Origin: an uncultured virus (IMG/VR IMGVR_UViG_3300025446_000005)
Lineage: Duplodnaviria; Heunggongvirae; Uroviricota; Caudoviricetes
Reading direction: 5' to 3' (one strand)
IMG/VR virus record: IMGVR_UViG_3300025446_000005
Length of the DNA stretch: 64,000 nucleotides
Shown here: piece after piece, positions 17,601 through 22,033 of the stretch
Position numbering within the stretch: position 1 is the first letter of the stretch
Layout: the number at the start of each line of letters is the position of its first letter
Translations under genes and position numbers: made by a program
The notes under the pieces: generated by a model
The model's database searches: none
Told to the model about the DNA's origin: nothing
The model's input: only the letters and a program-made list of their open reading frames with translations

Positions 17601-20226
17601 CCCACGAAGTGCCTGCCATGCCCAGGTCGAACGACGACACCCACGGGGACTTGCTGCCATGGTAGACGACCAGCGGCCTTCCCGCTGCATCCACCACCCT
17701 GGAGTTTCCGAACCACGCGTCCAAGGCTGGCGTGCGGATCGGCCTTGCCGCCGCCTTTTTGATTCCCTCCGTACGGTAGGGCGGCACCCTGGAGATTCCC
17801 TTCTTCACCCCCTGCCACCGTGCGGTCGGGGAGATGCGCTTCTTGAGGTAGGGCAGGAGGTCCTTGTACCGGTAGCGCTCCACGGCGCTTATGTGCTGGG
17901 GGCCGACCGGCCCGCGCTTGAGGTACACGTCGATTTCGTCGTCGCCCAATCCTACCCTCGGCTGGAGGTCCATCCCCGCTCCCCTGGGGTCGTCTATGCG
18001 GACGAGGAACACGTCCGGCATCCTCCCGGGCTCCTTCTCGGGATCGATGCCCTCCTTGAGGCCCTTGCCCAGGGCATCGCCGAGGGCATAGTATATGGCC
18101 AGGCCCTTGTCCGGGGTGGCGTACGCCGTCCCCCAGAACTTGCCGGGCACGAGGCCCTTCTCCTTTATGGAGTAGGCGGCATCTTCCGACGTCCCGTGCC
18201 AGGCCGTGCCCACATTGCCCGCCCTTCCCGCCGCTTGTTTGTTCTCGGGCGCGAACACGGGCTTGAAGACGTTGAGCTCGATGCTTATCGGGACGGTGCC
18301 CTGCCCGACGAACCTCTTGTAGTTGCTCGGGCTGAACAGGACTATGGAGTCGAACCCCCGTTTCTCCGCCTCCTGCTTCATCCTGGCGTCCAGGAAGAAC
18401 CTTGCGGCCACGCCAGCATCGTCCGGGATTCCCCCGAGGCCGAGATCCCGGAGGATGCTCTCCTCGTCCCCCACGAGGGGATTGGCCACGTGGACGTGGA
18501 GCGGGGCGTCTAACGGCCTGCCCCAGAACTCCGCCTCCCTGAAGGTGGAGGCGAGGAACTGCCCCCTCTTGCTATATGCCTTGGGGTCCTCGGGCGGGAC
18601 ATGCCACCAGTCCTTGGAGTTGATCCTGCGCAGGAGGGCGTCCATGGCTCCCCCGCCCGACGAGCTGGCCGTGACGGAGGTCAGCCATCCTTCCCGCACG
18701 TCGGGCTGCCCCCACATCTCGTCGAACTTGGCCTCCAGCTCCGGCCCCCTTGCGATTGCGTACCCGCCGTAGGGGGAGATGCCCGCCTTGCACAGGAACC
18801 TGCGGTCGGTCGTTTCGACGAGCTTGTACTGGCCCGGGTCCTGCAGCTTGGGGGTCGCCAGCAGCTCTTTCTGCTTCTGGGAGAGGTGGGCGGAATATTG
18901 CCACAGCCGGTTGTTGTTCCCGTAGGGATACCTGTGGAGGAGGACGTAGAACGGCTTCTCGTCGTATTCCACCACCATCGCTTGGTCGGATTTCTCCGTT
19001 ACGAAGTCCTTGCCGTACTTGGCGTTCCAGCGGTCGGCGACTTCCTTCCAGGACCTCCCGTGCCCGCCCATGACGCCACTCAGCATCTTCACGGTCTGGG
19101 GGGTCATGCCCTCGTTGAGCTTTCCCTGCCAGTAGACGAGCATCTCCTCGTGGTGGGCAAGCTCATGGGCGAGGATGCGCCGAAGGGTTTCATCGTCCCC
19201 GCAAATAGATTTCTGGAGGGTGATGACGGTGTTGGGCTTTCCAATCGTCCACCTGCAATCCCCCAGCCAGCGGGACTTTATGTTGTTCACGACCTTGAGC
19301 TCGGGAACGGGGAGGTCCCCCCGGACGTCGGGCATCAGGGACGCGAGGACGTTCCTGACCTGCCCGTAGTCCATGGCCTTGGCTACTATGCCTTTTTGAT
19401 TGAGGGACTTGCGCAGCTTGCCGCCCTCGCCCGTGGTGCCGCTGCTGGTTATCTTTTCGCCCGGGAACTCCTGCCCAACCTTCTCGTACATGGCGGTGGC
19501 CACGCCCTTGCGCCGCCAGGCGGGATCGACGAAGACGTACTGCACCCACACCTCGTCCCTGTATTCGGAGAAGTGCAGGTAACCCACCTTGACGCCCCGC
19601 CTCGTCTCCGTATGGCCGCCCTTGCCATCAGGGACGGACTTCCACGCCCCGGCGTCCTCCCCGGCCCATGCCGTGACCCTGCCGAAAAGCTCGTCCCTGT
19701 GGGCGTCCACGATTTCGAGCTGGCAGGTGAATGCGGGCGTCCCAGTCGCCTTTTTCGGGCGGGCGGGTTCCTGGGGGACGAGCCACTTGACCATCAGGGG
19801 GAGGGTGGGCTTCTCGCCCTCCTCGGCCCATTCTCCGCCTGCCATGCCCACGTGCTCGAAGCCGTGGCGTTCGTACCATTTGGCCAGGTTCATGCCCTTG
19901 AGCGCCCTAACGTTCTTCTCGTATATGCCGACCAGGAGGACGACGGCGTCGCATCCCATGCGCCTTGCCTGCCGGGTAAACCTTTCCAGCGTCTTGTTTC
20001 CCCAGCCCTCGCCGCGAGGGGAGGCGAACATGATGTCGATGACGCCTACCTTCTTGCCGGACAGCATCCGCACAAAGCCCTCGGGGTCGGAAAGGTGCTC
20101 GTTGTCGGCCCATGCCTCCAGGTCCGGGTCGTTTTCCAGGATTCCGCCGATTAGGTCGTAATGAGGCGTGTTATAACTGATTTCCTGCCATGCTGTCCTG
20201 AGGAGCGGGTTTTGTGCGATGCGCAT
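2698..20226 (-). CDS. giant multi-module (polyvalent) protein: ~20 ADP-ribosyltransferase-like domains, 2 GNAT, SprT-like zincin, papain/transglutaminase-like, GIY-YIG, 2 ParB/Srx-like and unknown modules
   Basis: Uninterrupted 5842-codon ORF with protein-like composition. Motifs include RGEGWG/WYERHGF and VDPAWRRKGVAT (GNAT), HELAH...HG (SprT), WFGNSRVVD..GRPLVVYHG...VIFSPSQVKS (ART-PolyVal-like), five YR...GxxW[ST]...ExE units, VYLLHF...HYCG (GIY-YIG), and PPIV...DGxHR twice (ParB/Srx). Confidence 0.9.
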   Translation of the reverse strand: MRIAQNPLLRTAWQEISYNTPHYDLIGGILENDPDLEAWADNEHLSDPEGFVRMLSGKKVGVIDIMFASPRGEGWGNKTLERFTRQARRMGCDAVVLLVGIYEKNVRALKGMNLAKWYERHGFEHVGMAGGEWAEEGEKPTLPLMVKWLVPQEPARPKKATGTPAFTCQLEIVDAHRDELFGRVTAWAGEDAGAWKSVPDGKGGHTETRRGVKVGYLHFSEYRDEVWVQYVFVDPAWRRKGVATAMYEKVGQEFPGEKITSSGTTGEGGKLRKSLNQKGIVAKAMDYGQVRNVLASLMPDVRGDLPVPELKVVNNIKSRWLGDCRWTIGKPNTVITLQKSICGDDETLRRILAHELAHHEEMLVYWQGKLNEGMTPQTVKMLSGVMGGHGRSWKEVADRWNAKYGKDFVTEKSDQAMVVEYDEKPFYVLLHRYPYGNNNRLWQYSAHLSQKQKELLATPKLQDPGQYKLVETTDRRFLCKAGISPYGGYAIARGPELEAKFDEMWGQPDVREGWLTSVTASSSGGGAMDALLRRINSKDWWHVPPEDPKAYSKRGQFLASTFREAEFWGRPLDAPLHVHVANPLVGDEESILRDLGLGGIPDDAGVAARFFLDARMKQEAEKRGFDSIVLFSPSNYKRFVGQGTVPISIELNVFKPVFAPENKQAAGRAGNVGTAWHGTSEDAAYSIKEKGLVPGKFWGTAYATPDKGLAIYYALGDALGKGLKEGIDPEKEPGRMPDVFLVRIDDPRGAGMDLQPRVGLGDDEIDVYLKRGPVGPQHISAVERYRYKDLLPYLKKRISPTARWQGVKKGISRVPPYRTEGIKKAAARPIRTPALDAWFGNSRVVDAAGRPLVVYHGSKSPWVSSFDLGMAGTSWAGAAGVEKGIWFTSSKDNARFFSDSGPKKKADEASIQGYGKDGEFYAAVFTLREEPIFSVGPYPTIEKAEEEAKSQARMYNRKLRTDTHVMAVYLKIENPLVLDGIVPRKAEFDWAKKNGRDGIIARDVYDGATQSDVYVIFSPSQVKSADRNTGTFDPDDLSITASGKETMPTPEVLDALRRIRGSIRMDESASAAASEGQCGFVSEAASKKFGWGIEGGFYLPDGIPAPHGRRPNFGHLDHVWNVLKDGTVIDGTHDQFGKPDVNVVRPGQPGHEKYHAFCGDPKCPCCACPQCNPDGAKVGSLKKAFVRQDLAWLKGYLTMTDAEKGEELARQFPHRFFDWLSGQELPEGWKAPKDLEDLIDNDMFSGLPPAMCEQFLRSDEGMRAVDDDPMDAPSFMHMEYEGIVRNQWLVHKTDEPGEISLHGFTRGMWDLARLGLITYFTDKAKTGGYNFAVPADEAGRIEGKYGKHAVLFRASGIRIHHYGDEEDQVIFWGRDARDIVSICEIYGKWCLPEGGNGRPVFEAERLQDAVDWAVANFQQYRRWLVPAPTAGKEPKPGSPLLAPKAPVTASARRRVEMPRSPRKYLEGLGLSAGADLKIREWALPDQVEYLNSIKFPLTVYRQLEVPAGKKVNLENVGIYWSDNVDSAQSYWGPSSIWTPSVGGEEGGIVTLRAEVLSEDDVDWEGTLHANAKDPDEDEIRLVPGARIRLTGIEEPKDNDFRTMNKMVTASHKQTPHRENEFPDLGEGEAIGGYGTQPECIDGNRTGLSLEELEEQAKTAATGDWLYHVTYFNRLEDIIWLGLETGHPASIGGLYGWHTKGRSFLTEWRGVGFWYQRAVQWAYHNSDSPVEDGLVPVILRTKEAKRLKVQPDEVGTGDAVADAFFTERSIPAARLQVWDGRQWTRLTEDAMWAMTPEGYVGEADRPLTDPEEREGDDGGYYIDEGALYPKTAGIMEGMPSWEEWKRQHGGIEGMVRDVDSWDQWEPSDVDETREFDALPEEEQAKWIYGNAEEHLKGRYDELLRQHGRWTFPLTVYRMLSLVGGRKAVNPKKIGIFWSWDEAAAEAHWGSFGLGTEKILLKAQVGRDDIDWEGTFEANMAPSTGEEEREIRLKEGVHPLIVAWKKGGYGWRTAPKAWRTMTAFKYDKGRFRTGRPAIFKGYHVTGADGRIKWGEGGAFFSEDPAPEYGTHYVVATLRMANPLVAEDQWDATKKLTGLPGMEDLDKALSDDTGPPQTQEEWARVDRSVARMALRAGHDGLIYTDIAALTDMEFVVFDPSQVTNVGKPVDTQVYVDKLLREMKKDKYARAPADEGKLGAVYLLHFLGGGIPHGSQAATRHYCGFAIDPMARIKRHYEGTSWVRLMEVAKERGISFTVARIWEGVTRGFERKLKDAGGLSRHCPICKAEGTDRGSLYKKKVEVQEAPVGPAAGPDHAEVETSKAASVPKEAGDRYMGQPGRTAFPSKFDYGFVRRIAVSPLGEIAGTLGDLLVGRKVRALYEGVLDVPVVALDRPIQGGKVVENPNVKFFGGAGRFRGEPAMFVNPRLGPEDMIRTILEEGAHILHAVRKRQVVKTDLAKLVDEESFRRYMTDPEEVAAKRMMEHAMILREDAAPWWDVYLDGQKIDSLPAVAADAEEVRRSLVDHDGYDPAIEVRQHRKVASSPPPPHVLEEAGRMLAGASAEACGTSKVVDGWWVETHTIGCRNAADEPEDEWWDSHFRIYDEYMNDGISTVLGEADGGKFATVTPQRSTLVKQAAKALPEFLYHGTTSTYTGDILKVGLRAGTWFSTEPVAAWYARNFIKSKGGKPVVIRIPSRRFRVDGLYQAEAYSWEYGYPIEVKEEDVIVLKPMKTSSILCKAKDDKFATVTPQRSTMPRQAGDSFYPPEADAGWITSYIAKLHRGGVEGKAGGLDYLLKLVESSASRYVLRDIPLEDLYIPDCSTTSTGSKDLEAIREYQDMDAEFPPIVVIGGRIVDGMHRATAAWDRGDETIRAYVGVPSTKVTQQRDRTASSVAKVGGLQEISNGWIKLDGSFVYSTAHNEDAKRWGYENLEEAVDEGLVRVIGTSRHLSFEATDAAGPRHRILEALDSINHDAEVAIELIQDRSLGHSVYKRFDSPWDAGKWLSRWKRAFGKKEAIGDKGWSYDDPLTDRSADFFELVENPHSERKKEAAAKTAAWEGAVDFSSDPRWHDVFYGMPTPRRIKELGQFLRSDANRFVTLYHGTDAGHPVMEEGLLPTSAGRAKSIQSSPGFVYLSVFPGHAKTFGELAYGPTTPIAVYAVTVTARRLLPDPDQLRNKRMYGNAEVGDTLAESLAIGHGARVRGKVDPMQLSVVRGPKKASGPTGFPSVAEVLEWGHVEPHELVDWGKVEDAVSRIPVSQRNQTRKEDEDQTALRILTEQWEAARERLGALRFPLAAYRALSFDSPDWGKEVNKGGFGVYWSLSEDSSYIGEDLVGKYVFVFRGVIESPDDVDWVPTAYLNTVIPEEEEVRLKEGARVRVDGWKARGGGRWTRLSGGMAVTASTPKEAAGDLMSLFEGVRVPSQLPDVDVMREYLSPEALEEYLETRKFFLKLPNPFVVYRALKLDSESVLPRRQDFGVCWTWDFDKARPYGPAAQRQGVRHIFQGEVALEDVDWGYTAIVTSSEEKEIRLRRGARVRLTRWFNPRFEGDGWKAPPYQYVTASASKAAFTDAAMYADADLRDEVAREILDEYKKVVGDGIDYAMPGKRPTKKHLFQKNYRQRWRVVPAARLMKIWKDYAKAGIVRDQAGMDEIADIVTENILKIEVNTILCRHTSWSPEEFAAEVLDHEVPEGYFDLLPSFFDDEEGSWRLSDFATGPLTTLALDLYDAKTAEAKLQVVDKILNIVHQRSDLSGWLVQGGRVTLRKLFEYIGEAKGGENVVWVRDPKGKVVFNPDFDPSKTAADPSIPAGDEEFWKAGGLVVGGVLHPFTKELDTHPLLAKSLGLEAWAAEGAIRVTTDWLSRCGCSAREKIYMEVLNLGQKQDVISLLRDHPPPAGVPITLEWGGYLKMYREFDGPEVAIEWLENLGGSTRVAARAGDRIGGQAVVDYVMSQHPEWKDRTYAEQLVGLDAGGDYVLKEVSLQKLEAGDDYDPSLAEKYARMETPIPPIVMDGDGRIRDGNHRVAAGKIRGDKAILAYVPVDSYQGLPTGKAAAGKESYNSLMAGVGMPSQLPAAEEYERWYGDAYLGRYQEFREFCNGLPDPLVVYRAVKMPDRYPYTRGFGIYWTWDEGHAVPYDADSVLAEEGGWEKEDWTEYSRGLKTYVFRGEVALKDVDWASTVWANLRHSDEKEVTLRHDAPVRVTGWKLRGSSRWQRPKYEHVTASKTTVAVTDSPQFRAWFGKSKVVNPDGTPMVMYHGSPRGKNYRPEWVDDLKKAVRLAFDHMGKAYPGDEDVDKHLDGWVDTMERFDKQNPGVIPEEVMGGIHRKRVPFEAFNPGMQGRNTEAADAKVGFFFTPDQNFAQRFTYRVEYDPMLGQKRIIDGYDPHVFEVYLRIENPLDLTVKTKANAQALLDSGLLGPREELERLGWGVEGIYKDLRSADGSKSLQQIISRHPERIRGAGYDGIINRVKDQWGKSNVEYVVFSPDQIKAVDSKGFDPSDRRMTASKTAAPESIWYHGTTPAAAKDIEKDGLVPPALKADYTGGAGGGHIYISTDRRVALGWGLRKARQENSKRVALVLFRPTKGVQFLDRHNPDVSSLEGTIPATAVTGVEFYDTKAVAEAISTQKPIPPKLAAPKSVWYHGSSIKNLRSILKQGLIPDPKERNWGEDAAASAVSVSRVSYGGTYVARNLMTAASAPKDHNEEGREVVVCMELQPNTMYLDEDDVVFYLSHPLGRLSDNTYYSLPTFLGKDGSWKEFADAERRKYVEDAVRGLAFKWKMPGEDKGSLHPGMEERLRALLPEAWEAALLRIAAHEAKRSKPYDLRHAYHKAFPYVEYDSIPDVQALIPSPEEGEAAFRDAVEKITRALRQFARPLRPGEAYNRDTARITEPIGYSGSNRILAVVEVRDGRKYKGDDWKNPTVLVIHYGEIPPDFFAQFKERYGGEFVVEQAHQPGKAADDGTILLFRGEGGGSKKGGRYWSPDEAWAAQFTQTGRTEELRRARMRKDGIFHPAAPPYAGDPDAIDVAVQDAKARGCKAVWLDEGRGQPESVYVFDGSALRKAAAGEWWRRWRKTQVLPRGTVLYHGTSQRFDPSGIEMPAWFSTSESVAEHFQDWHGGEESGKVLRYKVICPIRLPRIDGKEEMEKFCEMIGVNMEAYGSEDIVDAMRNSSMPGWIIPDNYPDGDDILLASRECLEALDEEEGKTATQHGGPFLKLASGTWQEAERIIRSVDPGSQMVLFHAGTADEDASIVEQGVRAQMGKWVEECLQGATDSEDAIQEIKDRGGAAYFDEMPRWIRSKVRRAVGHDPTPDDIRRHGQLTIVVADLDGPIQRYLGEDRHAGPEVQSLRGERNVDYDLPFGLEPGDYFSEEDVAADITLVGDDLVRFMERNYPREMESPSRRSLPVPLKDAYESVWGPEKTAAARRPKLAPFQRSGWLEAGGRWHEYDDRQMAEAGHGDSAVDFGLVGPVWKDEGLGYLDQEATMGAALEKGHVAVRKVWGKNDKWEMEAYAKARKTVELALARLPAGAIVEVTLYGRGTIRDATVERAAEWVRSPMGGITGSATKLAFPADRTVSPQDAVDRGMFGPVWHGTTPQAAAGIDREGFKVFEGEANSAEIQHGYEGKTDYALGLPAPVHHLGYGIYFTTSKAIAKAFNGGTTRGLRSYYLDVPRLETINFGSPNTMMKWWIKNGYSPEVARVDRVAATKMLTDSLKSRFDAVWYKGMGIRRLLDGDQVAVFDPSRIYLADPSLARPGDMGSEVVRKADGMRGVVKAVRRLTPEQSREFHGGAERLLTVTWRKGGTDYNVYDRDVEPLQAGKKTSGPPSASSGSRGLFGRSNLQGLGTS
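6311..6714. repeat. imperfect 29-bp direct repeat pair (6311-6339 and 6686-6714, 25/29 identical)
   Basis: ccgtggtaccagacggacttgggggcggc versus ccgtgataccagatggactcgggagcggc; encode AAPKSVWYHG and AAPESIWYHG. Confidence 0.8.
11981..12375. repeat. perfect 29-bp direct repeat pair (11981-12009 and 12347-12375)
   Basis: cttctctgcggcgtgacggtcgcgaactt occurs twice, encoding KFATVTPQRS both times. Confidence 0.9.
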
Positions 20227-20335
20227 CGTAGCATATCTCGCTCGACGGCGGGACCGGGCAGGCTTGTACGCCGTCTTCGGGGGCCTGGAGCCCCTGATTG
20301 AGAAATGGGAAGTTGAAGACTTGGAAGAAGAAAGG

Positions 20336-20863
20336 TTAGGGCTTGGCGGGCTTGCAGCAGTGCTTGCGGAGGCTTCCCTTCTTGGCGTAGAAGGACGCCC
20401 GGTGGCCGTTGGCGTACTCCTCCCTGCGCTCCGTCAAGAGGGGCCTCGAAACCGGCCAGTACGCCATGCGGCAGCGGCGTCTTTTCAGCGGCTTCCCGTC
20501 CCTCGACGTTTCGATGGCGAGTATCCCCATCACCAGCTCCTGCGACTCCTGGGCGGAGGCCAGGTCGGCGTCTCCGAAGCGGGTGTCGGAGAAGTTCGGG
20601 TGCGTGTGGATGGTGCCGAGGAAGCTCATCCCCGCCTCCCTGGCGTCGTCCTCGTGCTCGTCGAGCTCCGAGTCCTCGTACTCTATGGAGCGCCGGTGCC
20701 CCTTGTGCTCCATGCGCACGAACGCCACCACGTAGAGGGTGTCGCCATGTATCCTTCCCCAGAGCGCCTCGACGTATTCGTTGGGATAGTGGCCCAGGGC
20801 GCGGCGGCGGAACTTCCTCTCCTCCTTCTTGTCCACCACGACCTTGAAAAAGGGAGCGAGCAT
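20336..20863 (-). CDS. JAB/MPN (JAMM) domain metallopeptidase
   Basis: YPNEYVEALWG (catalytic Glu region) and LGTIHTHPNFSDTRFGDADL (HxH...D); GGAGG RBS and TATAAT upstream. Confidence 0.8.
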   Translation of the reverse strand: MLAPFFKVVVDKKEERKFRRRALGHYPNEYVEALWGRIHGDTLYVVAFVRMEHKGHRRSIEYEDSELDEHEDDAREAGMSFLGTIHTHPNFSDTRFGDADLASAQESQELVMGILAIETSRDGKPLKRRRCRMAYWPVSRPLLTERREEYANGHRASFYAKKGSLRKHCCKPAKP

Positions 20864-20883
20864 CCCGAGGGTCCTCCAAGACT

Positions 20884-20891
20884 ATTATACC
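20884..20891 (-). promoter_or_regulatory. candidate -10 element (GGTATAAT) upstream of the JAB gene
   Basis: Minus strand reads ccaaGGTATAATagtcttggagg about 20 nt before the start codon. Confidence 0.45.
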
Positions 20892-20932
20892 TTGGTCCGG
20901 CCTTCCCGGGCAGGAATTCCGCGAAGCCAGTC

Positions 20933-21814
20933 CTAGTCCATGAATCTAAGGGTCTTGATGTACGAGGAGCCGATGATTTCGCAGGCCGAGGACGCCTTGA
21001 CTTCCTGGCCAGCGCCTTCTTCCTTGCCTTCCTCTTCCCCCTCCTTTTCAGGAGGACGGAAGAATGCGCACCAATCGTCGTAACCTACCTTGACGGCCCC
21101 ATCGGGGAGCTTCTTCTCGGGCTTGATGTCCGGGTCCTTCATCACGGCGGGGTGGGAGCACGAATCGACCTCGTTCCCGTCCTCGTCCTTCGAGTGGGGG
21201 GTCCGAAAATGGCAGTTCATGCACGTCGCCGGGCCATGCCCGGCGAACCCGGTGAGCCTCGTCCCGATCCTGACATTTTCCGCCCCATCGGCCAAAGCCA
21301 TGGCTCCCTCCTTGGACGCCCCCTTTTCTTCCTTTTCTTCGTCGTCGACGGTGCCCGGGCCTTCCTTGACGGCTTCCTGGTGCTTCTCGATGGCGGGCCT
21401 CAGGTCGTCCAGTTCGACCTCGTGCACGTCCCCCAGCCTCTTGTCCCCCCATCCCTTGGGATAGTGCGCCAGGTAGAGGGCCTGGGCCTCCTCCAGGCTG
21501 TTGCACCCGAGGACCGCCTTGTACTCGTCCAGCGCCTCCCCGTCCTCCTTGAGCTGCTCCACTATGTAGGCCTTTTCCGAGTCCCTGAAGGGCCCTATGT
21601 ATACGTCCAGGGGCTCCTTGTCGCCCTTGGCGGAGGTGTCGTCCACGAAACCGTAATCACAACGCATTTCTCTTCTCCAAGGTTTCCCGTCTTTGTCCTT
21701 GCCCTCCCGGATCGATCCCCTGGGCCACTCGACGATAATGTCCAGGCCATGCAGTTTGACGTTGTGGTGCTGCGGGAGCTTCCCCGTCACCCGAAAGCTA
21801 GATTCCAAATCCAT
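20933..21814 (-). CDS. inorganic pyrophosphatase-like (InPase) domain protein with a C-terminal 4-Cys domain
   Basis: GLDIIVEWPRGSIREG..DGKPW..EM.CDYG....GDKEPLDVYIGP...DEYKAVLG....EEA..LYL.HY matches the InPase domain of phage polyvalent proteins; C-terminus CMNC...C...WC. Confidence 0.75.
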   Translation of the reverse strand: MDLESSFRVTGKLPQHHNVKLHGLDIIVEWPRGSIREGKDKDGKPWRREMRCDYGFVDDTSAKGDKEPLDVYIGPFRDSEKAYIVEQLKEDGEALDEYKAVLGCNSLEEAQALYLAHYPKGWGDKRLGDVHEVELDDLRPAIEKHQEAVKEGPGTVDDEEKEEKGASKEGAMALADGAENVRIGTRLTGFAGHGPATCMNCHFRTPHSKDEDGNEVDSCSHPAVMKDPDIKPEKKLPDGAVKVGYDDWCAFFRPPEKEGEEEGKEEGAGQEVKASSACEIIGSSYIKTLRFMD

Positions 21815-22033
21815 GCGCCCCCCTGATAAAGGACTTGAAAATCACGGTATTATGGGACGGGATTAAGCAGTGGGAAAGGCGGGAAGGAAAGGCAAGGGAG
21901 AAGGCGGACCAGAACGAGCCGAAGGATAGCCCGCATCTCGGATAGGCAGTCTACGAAACCCTTTATTAGCGATGCAATCTCATCCGAGAAAACGATTTGG
22001 CAAAGCGGCAATCCGGCCGCACGAGGAGGAAAC

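Noticed and set aside
2878..20154. Many long plus-strand ORFs (e.g. 2878-4593, 4612-6510, 16762-18513) opposite the giant gene
   Set aside because: Antisense shadows expected from high GC3 coding on the other strand; V/L/G/P/H-rich translations with no motifs.
2698..20226. Integron-like attC or CRISPR-like DNA repeats at module junctions
   Set aside because: Junction similarity is at the amino-acid level with variable codons; no regular palindromic DNA repeat or integrase was seen, only two local direct-repeat pairs.
21815..22033. tRNA or structured ncRNA in the largest intergenic gap
   Set aside because: No cloverleaf or T-loop signature; it looks like a divergent promoter region.
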